A stretch of DNA of 53,876 bases from Girardia tigrina (Eukaryota): positions 10,036 to 63,911 of the forward strand of contig MQRK01248817.1 in NCBI GenBank assembly GCA_001938485.1, given 5' to 3'. The position numbers and the translations under genes were made by a program. This document shows positions 1 to 10,064 of the stretch, one piece after another (the first letter of the stretch is position 1; every line of letters begins with the position of its first letter). The notes under the pieces are model-generated. The model made no database searches. It had not been told where the DNA came from and worked only from the letters and a program-made list of their open reading frames with translations.

Positions 1-13
1 ACTAAAGGGTTAA
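1..13. mobile_element. Possible piggyBac-like terminus at the window edge
   Basis: ACTAAAGGG followed by TTAA, the reverse complement of TTAA-CCCTTTAGT, resembles a piggyBac end with its TTAA target site. Only one end is visible. Confidence 0.3.
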
Positions 14-1257
14 ATGTGTTACCATTGAAATGGCAACAGTGTGTTGACAACATGGGGGGATATTTTGATTGAAAATAAAATGTTATTATTTAAAAAAAAT
101 CGATTTACATTTTACTTTAATTTTGACCCGTTTCATATCGAACAACCTAATATTATTGCTGTGTATTAAAAAGTTTAGTACTCTAATAATACGGCTGTCC
201 TATAAAAAGGACACCTATTTTTCTCTCTCGGTATTGATTGGGTCGCCGATTTAACCACATAATTTTCTTAATTAGAGCATATATAGATTGTTTTAAAAGT
301 TTTAACACGAAAGGCAAAGGTTTAATGGGGTCCGCATGTAAACGGTTAACATTTTGATTGGTTAAATTTTATTTTTCTTTCAATTTTTTTTATGAAAAAA
401 CATACAAATTTCATATATTTTTCAATTAAGTTTTTAATAAAATTTTTAATCAAAATATTTTAATAAATTTATTTTAAATTACAAAAATCAATCATATTTT
501 TCAAAAATTTCTTTTAACAATTACTAAAGTAAAAAAATACATTAAATTTAATTAAAAATTTTATATTGTTAAATGGACATTATGTATTAACAAATGGTCC
601 TAATATAACGTGTGTATGTTGTGTGTGTTAGGGGGTAGAAAATATTATTTCATATATTTTCTATTCACAAATGGACATTTGAGTGAGTATGTTTCTTAAA
701 TTAACATTTTGATTGGTTAAATTTTATTTTTCTTTCAATTTTAGACATGGATTTATTATCAAATGGACTTCTTATATAATTAAATGGACCTCACTGTAGT
801 GTTCATTTTATATAATAAACAGGATTTAACTGTATTAATAAATTTATTATTTTATTTTTTTCGAAAAATATTTTTTTTGTTTTTATTTTCAAATTGTAAT
901 TGTAATTATTTAATATAATTTCGTGGGAGAAAATCATTAAAAAATAATTTAGAATATATAAATAAAATTCATAAATTAATAAATATTTTTCATAATTAAA
1001 AAAATAATTAATATTATTATTAAAATTTTTGTTAGTATTTTTATAATTAATAAATTAATAATAATAAGTTATGATTATTTTTACTATATTAATTATTAAT
1101 ATTATTATAATTAATTTTAAAATATTTAATTATATTTAAATTATTTAATTTAAAAAAATTTCTTTGGAAGAAAATCTTTTCAAAAAATCAAGAGTTTCTC
1201 TTTCTCAGTGAGTCTGGTGCCAATAACGACAACAACGCGTCTCGCTCGCTCATTTAC

Positions 1258-1652
1258 CTCCGCAGCTCTCTCCCTCGAGTCTCTTCAGCAAGATCTGGCT
1301 GTCCTCGTCCAACTACACGAATAAACCATCAATAACCGCTCGATCGACCCTCCCTCACTCAAACCATATTCCAGTATCGATTGACTGTGCACATCATCTC
1401 GTCGTCTTTCGCTTGGCGATCTTCCAGCTGGTCGATGCGCTCTTTAAGGCTGGCCAGCTCTTGTTTTTGATCCAACAGACATTCCGACAATTTTCGGTTT
1501 TGAATTTGCAACGTTTTCAAATCCAATTCTTCATACGAGCGAATATTGCCGAATTTCACTTGCTCGTAACTCGACACGAATTGTTTCACGGGAATATTCG
1601 GTGACGTTTCATCCGTGGGAGTTTCATCAAAATCTGCCGGTCTTTTCGACAT
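1258..1652 (-). CDS. Bre1: E3 ubiquitin-protein ligase BRE1 (RNF20/RNF40 family), 5' part only: exon 1 1365-1652, exon 2 1258-1312; the gene continues beyond the left edge
   Basis: The translation MSKRPADF...EELDLKTLQIQNRKLSECLLDQKQELASLKERIDQLEDRQAKDDEMMCTVNRYWNM|LDEDSQILLKRL matches the BRE1 N-terminal coiled coil (EELD.RTLQ..NRKLAE...RQA.DD.....VNRYW..DE....LKR). A 52-nt GT..AG intron (1313-1364) joins the exons in frame. A GTAAAT donor follows at 1257. Confidence 0.9.
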
Positions 1653-2194
1653 AAATACGACCAAAATGAAAAAAAACGAAAATTTGTTGTAATTTATTTA
1701 TCCTTTTTAAATTTGGAGATTATTAAAACAAAAAGTGTGTTTTGGGGTTTTTTTATCACTTTAATGTTTTTCGATTTATTAAAAATTAATTGTAGTTTTC
1801 TATTTCGAGTGAGAAATTCAAATTTGTGTTTTTTGAATTTTGATGTTTTTTCTATTATTTAAATTAATTGTAATTGTTTTTTGGTTTAGGAAATTGAAAT
1901 TTTCATTTAAAGTATATGGGTTAGTTTTTGTTTTTACGTTTTTCAGAGAAATTATTGTTTGTTTTAGAATTTTGAAAGTAAATTTAAAAATACGATAGAA
2001 AATTAACCATGTGAAATTTGTGTGGAAGAAATTTAATATTTCTGATAAAGGTTTTCACTATTAAATAAATCAAGACTTATTTAAAAGTTTATTGATTCAA
2101 AAATAAATTTATCAATATATTTTAATACGATAGAAAATTAACCATGTGAAATTTGTTTTGACAAAAATTAAAGCTTCTGAGAAGCGGATTTATA

Positions 2195-2723
2195 CCGTGT
2201 TTCGCACAATATTAGATACAGTCCTGTATTAATCGAGATAACGAAAAAGTTAATAGGTCTATATAAAGAAAATGATCAAGACGAAGACAGTTACTATATA
2301 AATAATTCTAATGAATATAACAAAGATAATCAAAATTATAATAAAAGTAATGAAAATAATAAAAATAATGAACTCAAGGATAATTTCGATGAAAATAACA
2401 AAGATAACTATTCTGAAAACTCCCTAGGAAAGAATCATTGCGATCGGTCGTTTATTCGAAAAAAAGTTACATTCTTGATAGTACATTTTACCCTTCAAAT
2501 ACAATAGGGTCTGATCGACATACCGATCGTGTGTTTTATCGAAAAACGTTTAATTAATATACTAAATAGGATTCCATTATAAATTAATTATGATAAATAT
2601 TTTTATTATAAATAAGAGTTTTAAACCAGGGGGGTAGTCTTATATTAAAAAAAATTAGAAAATTAGCTATAAATCTGTAGTAGGTTTTATATCAGGTGGT
2701 GTCTTATATTGTGCGAAACACTG
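2195..2723. mobile_element. Non-autonomous Tc1/mariner-pogo-like element (MITE)
   Basis: TIRs CCGTGTTTCGCACAATATTAGA ... TCTTATATTGTGCGAAACACTG, flanked by TA on both sides. Confidence 0.75.
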
Positions 2724-2890
2724 TAAACAAATGAAAATTTTTATTAAAAAAATTTTCGATTAAAAATATATTTTTCTACGCTCAAGATCGAAATTATTAC
2801 GTCATTTATATTTTCCCTATATTAAATATACATCATTTTTTATTTTAAATTTCTTTTTCAGTTCATTAATGTAAGAATTATTCATTAGAA

Positions 2891-2920
2891 CAGTGGTTCC
2901 CAAACTGGGGTTCAAGATCG
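2891..2920 (+). mobile_element. Isolated hAT (Buster/Charlie-type) left terminus
   Basis: CAGTGGTTCCCAAACTGGGG is a typical Buster/Charlie TIR. No partner end was identified. Confidence 0.45.
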
Positions 2921-3249
2921 CTCAAATTCAAATTCATATAAAACAAAACCGATCAAGTTCTTTTTCTCTCTTCACAAGCGAAGACGCACATTTATTCTTA
3001 ACCACAAGACCCAAACAGCCTTTTTATTTTGACCGATTTCAAGATTTTGGTCAATCACAGATAAATAGGTCAGTTCGTCGACCAATAAAATCTCTAACTG
3101 GTATGTGGATGCTTTTTCGTTGTGCATTTTAGTGCGTTTTCACAGAGACAATTCCATTGAATTCTTGTACTGATAATGTTTATTTTTTAATTTATTATTT
3201 TCTTGCAATTTAATTTTTTTTCTTGAGAAGATTTTCCTGTTGTTGGGCA

Positions 3250-6010
3250 TATTGCTTCTATGCTTCGATTTTAATACTTAGTGATTTTTGAATCTGATCT
3301 ACTCTTAAACGATGTATATTTTCTTGGTGGTTCATTTGCACGTTCAATAATTTGTCATGCTGCTAAAGAATTAAAGCATTTTTATGTTCCAGCTGTGATA
3401 GTTCTTGACTCAATTCACAGTCAAGATATTTCATTTGTAATCTATAGTGATTTTTGGTAGAATCACGTGTATATCTTCTGGTTCTAGCATCACTGAGTTT
3501 TTGAAAATTTTAAAGTACCGTTTCAAAATCACTAGCTTTTTATTTTACTCGTAAATTCCTTGAAGTGAATCGAACAGTTCTTTGTAGTCATCATAAACGT
3601 AATAGCTTTATGATCTGTTCGCTATAAAAATCATTTTCCACATAAAAATGTTTAAAATGCTGTGATAAATCATAAATTGCAAGTAGTTCTTTCCTTGTTA
3701 TGTAATAGCCTAGTTCATGTTTATTCATTTTATGTGATCCACACGTAATCACCCTTTATCTTCCGCATTCGTCTTTCTCTGATAACACCGCTCCTATCGT
3801 ATCAAAACTTTCACCTGTATCAAGTATGAAGACTTTGGTAAAATCAGGATATATTAAACCGGGGTTTTAATCATTCTTTCTTTTAGTTTTTGAAAATCTT
3901 CATCATATTTTTCAGTCCAAATCAGTTTCTTGTCCCTATTTTTACTACATAAACCTTCCTATACTTTGAACATTTTGAATAATACTTTATAAATTTCCTG
4001 TAGTAATTTGTCAAACCCAAATAGCTACTTAAATATTTAATGAATGATTGGCTTTTAAACTTGCTTATCACACCATTCTTTGTTTTATCTGTTTCAATAC
4101 CATCTTAACTTATGATATATCCTAAAAATTTAGTCTTTTCTTCCAAGAATTGACACTTCTCTGGGTTAATTCTCAAATTCGTTTCTTTAATTTTCTGAAA
4201 TACTTTATTTACTCTCTGAAAATATTCTTTCTAATCTTTTGCAAAAATCTAAATATCATCCAAATATACGACTGCTTCTTTCCAATTCAAATCTCCCAAA
4301 ACTTTCACCATTAGCTCCTGAAAAGTTGCTGGGGCTGCAGCAGTTCTAAAATACATTCTTTTGAAACACTATTAGATGTACGTTGTTGAGAATGCAGTCT
4401 TAATTTTGACTCATCTACTAACTCTACTTCATGGTTACCGTTTTAGAAATCGAGGGTACTAAAATATTTTGCCCCATTTAGTATATTACACACATCTTCT
4501 ACATTTATCATTGGAAACGCTGGTCGGACGGTAATTTTATTTGACTGGCGAAAATTTACACATACTCGTATATCTTGCTTTTCTTTCTTCCAAAAACATA
4601 TCAAGGGAAGGTTTCAAGTAGAATTACACTTTTCGATAATATCGTTTTCTTTAAAATATCTTATGATATAATCTAGTTTCTCTTCAAAATGTTTCGGTTG
4701 TCTATACGGTTTCACTAGTACTGTTTCTACATGCGTTTCTATCTTGTGTTTGGTTAGCAACGTTTTCCCAGTACCCCCTTTATCATCTATGAATATTGCT
4801 GTACTTTTTAAAGTTCCATTAGCTAATTGTCAATTATAGTATTGTACAAATACTTTGTTATTTTTAATCTATCTTCATCAGAAGGACTATCTCTAATTTC
4901 ATATCCTATCAACCTTTAGTGCATTTTTCTTAAACTTTATTCCAAATTTATCGAAAAAAACCTGCAATCATTGCCGGATATATTTCTTTGACAGCATGAA
5001 ACTTTTGTTTTGTGTACTATTTCTATTAACACATTTAATTGAACAGTCCCATAGTTTACAAACTCGTAGTCACTTTTTCTCTACATCGGCTGGTCCCTAA
5101 ATCTTTGATTCGAGTAATTTTTCTTATCGTTTTACCATATATAAATCTTCTACTAGTAAATAACCCGTCATGTATGACGGATATAATTATATAGTTATAT
5201 AATTATATAATTACAATTGTAAGTAGATAATTATATTAATAATAATTCATATGGAAAATTATCATGAATAATTCTGCTAATAATAATTTTCCATATGAAT
5301 TATTATTAATATAAATATCTACTTACAATTGTAAGTAGATAATATGAGCGTTAGTGAAGCAGTGAGTGACTTGGGCTTTTATAATAAAATCTTCTATTAT
5401 CCCGTTTCTAATGATTGCGTTTCTTAAATCGATTCAAGTTTCAATAACATTGTATTTTATGTGTTTTTTTTATTACAATGATTACATTTTACATTTGGAC
5501 ACTCTCTTCTAATATGTCTTTCTTCATGTCATGCCCACAGGCAATGTTTTTGACTTTAAAATTTATTCTTGTATCTTCTGAAATTTCTCTATTCCGTGGT
5601 CCTGGTGTTCTCCTTTTATTTTTCACTGTTTTCCATTCATTTTCTCTTTTTATGTTATATGCAGCCCCAGGTAAGTTTCTTTTTTTCTATCATCTTCAAA
5701 TATTCTCGTTTGTATTTCTTCAATCTCAGATTTCGTGATTCCTTGTATGGCTTTTTGTCTTTGTGTGTCATCATTATCTTTCAAATTAGCGTATACTAAA
5801 GTTGATAGTTCTTTCTTACCAAACTTTTTCTCTACTAATTTTTCTATTAGTTCATCTGCTTTTCTAAATGTTATAGTTGAGTCGCTTGAGAAAATTCTCT
5901 ACTCTTTCATTTCTTTCATTACATCTAGGATGGTTTTTTCACTACTCTCATATTGTGTACCACAAGATTGACTTTTATGCGTTCAAATTCCTGACACCAG
6001 AGAGATTTTT
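3250..6010 (-). mobile_element. Degenerate Ty3/gypsy LTR retrotransposon, internal region (gag zinc knuckles, RT, RNase H)
   Basis: Minus-strand motifs: paired CCHC-like knuckles (~5455-5545, RHIRRECPNVKCNHCNKK), FSTLDF (~4450), VYLDDI (~4253-4270), FILDT...FDTIGAVLS (~3780-3830) and ITRKELLAI (~3675-3700). Many stops and frameshifts. Boundaries are approximate. Confidence 0.88.
5153..5389 (-). mobile_element. Short non-autonomous Helitron-like insertion within the gypsy remnant
   Basis: On the minus strand the 3' end reads CCGTCAT-ac-ATGACGG hairpin, GTTATTTA, then CTAG|T. The 5' end is T-rich (TTTTATTATAAAAGCCCAAGTCACTCACT). It contains an internal ~50-bp inverted repeat. Confidence 0.6.
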
Positions 6011-8860
6011 CATTTCTTTCTTATACCATCATGCTTCTGTTCAGTAATGGAGTAAACAAATCTAACCTCTGAGTTGCGATTTTCTTATTATTCTTTGATT
6101 TTTTGTGACCTGACAGTTTGATACTAATTTTCTTCAGATGGAAACTCTGAAATCTGAGGGTTTATGTGGTGTTACAAAAGGTTAGCACCAGGAAAGATAA
6201 TTTGATGTAGCTCGATTAATATTTGAATATATTAACAATCTTCGGTGAACATATTCTCCGTTTTTTCCTTTTTCGTTTTCAGTGGACAATGTAAAGTCTT
6301 CAATTCTTTTCATCACTCGAACAGTCTTGTTGGTCTATTGATGTTAACCATTTGAACTTAATTAACTAAAAAGTGCCTTTAATGTGATGCTATGTCCCTC
6401 TTACTTGATCATTTTAAAATTTCTTTAATTGTTTCTTTTGATATCTTAGGATTTTTACCCAAAATATTCAAAATCAAAATCGTTAATATTTTACTAATTT
6501 CGCCCTTCGGATTCAGTTCTACATTTTAAACAAGTATCACATTTTGCAAGGGTTATGTTGCCTGGCCAAGTCATTGTTAAATTGATATTTATTTAGATTT
6601 TTTAAAAGAATTTTATATTCCATTTTAAATAATTTTTATTATTTATTAAAAATTCTCAATAAATAAAAAAAATTAAGAAGTATATTATTTTTTTTATTTT
6701 AATAATTACAAATACTTTTCTAAATCAAAATTTTCATAATTTTAAAACCGAATTTCTTTTCCGTAAACCAGAAAATGATAAAAGAAACCCAGAAGACCCA
6801 AAATCGAAAACAATAATATCGAAATATAATAATAAATTAACAATATTTCAAGCATTTCAACCCCCCCCAATTTTCTCACATCGAAATTTTCCATTCTCAC
6901 AACACTTTTGAATATTATCAAAATATAAAATTTAGAAATTTCTCATCAAAGATTGATAAATGTAAATTGATTATGAAAGCTCAATTGCACAATTAAATTA
7001 TAAAAAAGTATGATCATAAATAATTTTAAATAAGTAAATTTAGAAGATTAAATATTAACTATAGTAGAAAATTAGTATGTTAATGACATAATAATAACAC
7101 ATAAAGTTAGCCGCTGACACTGACGAAGTTGGACTAATCTAATTATCAAAATGAGTGGTAAATGGTAGTGAATGTTCATCAAAAAACCTGAGATCAAGTG
7201 TTGGGAGAATGACCGTAATATTGGAACACTCGCTCTCTTTGCGCTCAGTTGTCTATACTACTGGATTATTAATGATGTACGAACGGCCTAATTTACTAGT
7301 ATTCATTTGGGAGATGCCAGGATTAAGGCAGCAGAATTTATTGATATCATTCGAGTGGATGGGAGCATCGTACGAACTGGCTTTGGGGATAAATTTATAA
7401 CAGTTGTGGAGAATTGAAAATAAATTTTAATTGGAAATTCTAAAATTGAATATTTGAATGTCTGTTAAAAAATTTTTTTGAATTAATTACTCTTGAAAAA
7501 TTTTTACATCAATATGCATTATATATAAAAAAAGAGATTTGAAATATTTATATTTATCATTTGATTTTAATATTCATTTATAAATAATAGCATATAATAC
7601 GTTCAAACTTATTTTCATTAATATTGTGTAATCTGTTTCATATTTACCATTCATTCTTTTAATAAGAACATCCAAAAATTGAAGAATATTGTTGACCTTC
7701 AATTCTGTATGTGAGGAATATTTGGTGTGTGGATGTTTTTGTGTAGTTTTTGCATGTTTAAATGTTGTATGTTGATTTGGGATTGTGCCTCTGATGGATT
7801 AATTAATAACCAGATGGATTATCAATATTTAATTTCTTATAATCTGAAACTAATTTATTTAAATTTAGATTTAATATTCAAATTTTTAAATTTTTATTAT
7901 TGCAACTTTTAAATAATTTTAATGATTTTATTTTTGTAAATTTTTAAATAATTAAAATCAAATTAATGTTTAAAAATTACTATAAAAATATTTTTTGTCA
8001 GCCAATAAAATTTAAATTAAATATTTTTAAATAAAATAATCTTATCAAGTATAGTTCAGATTATAATGGGAGATATTGAAAATTGATTGATGGATCTAAG
8101 TGAAAGCATTACTATTGATCATCATAAAGATGATAAAAAATGTGAATGTAATAAATGTTCTGTCAAATGTGTGAGTTCTCTTAACAAATTTATCTTAAGA
8201 AATTTAATATTATCATGAATGGTGCTTGTTAGGCTCGGGAATATATTCTAATCAGAATTCAGATAAAGACATTTTTTGAAACTTTTATTTAATAACAACA
8301 ATAAAAAAATCAGAAACACATGGCTTTACTCAACATCAAAATGTTACTGTGAAGAGAGATTTGAAGATAATACAATCAAGGATTTAATTCATAGAATATG
8401 GAATCTTTGCCCAACCTTTGCAAGTGCGTCAGACTTAACATTCTCAGGAAACGTTTACATAATTATATGTACTTGAAAAAAACAAATAGAAAAATATTAA
8501 ATTGATGCTAGATTGAATCCACGCTAACAAAACCAAGAAGGAGGTTAAAAGGGAACTCGTTAAAATTATAAAAATTTCTTTTTCGAAAAATTTAAGAATA
8601 ACATTTATACAAATATCGATAATATTAAGTGTCCGTAACATCCAAAGTAAGAAATTACTTTACAGTGAAATTCAAAACTGATAATTTAGTGAAAGCTAAT
8701 CTTGTGTACAAATCTGTTTCTTAAAAGCTCAAAGAAGAGTATTTGTAGAACAATAAGTAGTGCTAAAGTAGTCTCTGTAACATCCAAAGTTCAAAGTTTC
8801 CTCTCAAATAAATCGAAAACAGTTTGTGGTTTGCAATCTAATCTGGTAAATAAATTTAAT

Positions 8861-10064
8861 TGTCACGGGTGTCAAATCTCGTACATCTCGTACTGAAGAG
8901 AATCCAAAGAAGCGGGGACGAGCAAACACTAAGACTGGTGCTACCTCGTCTGAAAGAACACAGCTGCCCGATGGATGCCTGTCACAAACAATATGCGGAA
9001 GTGAAGGAGTTAAACAGGCATCTCAGAAGAAATCACAAAGGAGCAGAGCCAATCCCGCGGAAGAAGAGAGAGAAGAAAGCCCAGCCACGTCAGAAGAAAG
9101 GAAAATATCAATGTCAACACTGTCCGAGGGAATACAAGGCCGCTGGTTTCNNNNNNNNNNNNNNNNNNNNNNNNNNNNNNNNNNNNNNNNNNNNNNNNNN
9201 CCTAAGGATTCATATTCAGAAGAATCATCAAGAAATGCCAACATCCAACGCCCAGAGAGAAGAAAACTTGGAAGAAGAGAACGAGGAAGAGCCGACATCA
9301 AACCAATCCAATCCTCAGTGTCCGGACGCAACTGTGAGTATGCCGAGGATACAGCCAAACGACGATGCCGAAGAGACGCACCTACAATATCGACTGCCAG
9401 CCGATTACAAGACTGCAAGAGGACAATTTAAGTGCCCATTTCGCGGTTGTTACGCGTCCACCGTAACAGCCAACGGCATGNNNNNNNNNNNNNNNNNNNN
9501 NNNNNNNNNNNNNNNNNNNNNNNNNNNNNNNNNNNNGGCGGAAGGCCACTGACCCCGTAGGAGGCCTATCGGGGGGCCCTTAAGGACTTTAGTTTGGGTG
9601 GACCCTCTAAAGAGCCTTAGGCTCAATACCATTACAGAGATGGGAGGCCGACATCCGAGAGAGAAGCAATTGTCAAGAAGAAAGAGGCGATAATAGAATC
9701 ACTTCCGCATTTTACTGTTTCAGGCACTACAACGTGGAGCTCCCTTAATCATTTAATCAGAAGCGAGATACAAATGCTGAATAGAAAAAGGAAAAGAACA
9801 CCAATCAACCAGCGGTGGTTGGATGGGCACCTAGACGAGCTTAAGATTGTTGTGTTCCCCTTCAAAACAACATTTTCATTGGCTCTGAGCTCCCATCCGC
9901 TTTTAGAATTAAAGTGCAAACTCTGTCACGACATAATCAACCTCATACTATTGGGGAACAGACGCGCCTCCTTTGCTCACATCAACAAGTTGTGTGCGCA
10001 TCGGAGCGCCTTCGGGTTCTTGACCAGTATCGTGGATGACCCAACTGGTAGCTCGGCTTCTTGA
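8861..10064 (+). mobile_element. GC-richer fragment encoding multiple C2H2 zinc fingers; probably the 5' ORF region of an R2/NeSL-type non-LTR retrotransposon (two N-gaps)
   Basis: ORF 8860-9552 has CPMDAC..RHLRRNH, CQHC..(gap)..IHIQKNH and CPFRGC fingers, is intronless, and has sharp composition boundaries. No RT is visible, so the family call is inference. Confidence 0.45.

Noticed and set aside
8040-8860. Cys-rich degraded coding-like stretch, possibly a Sola-type or other transposase
   Set aside because: No diagnostic motif could be read with confidence.
8893-8930. CTGAAGA as a hammerhead core
   Set aside because: No stem II-GAAA arrangement follows it.
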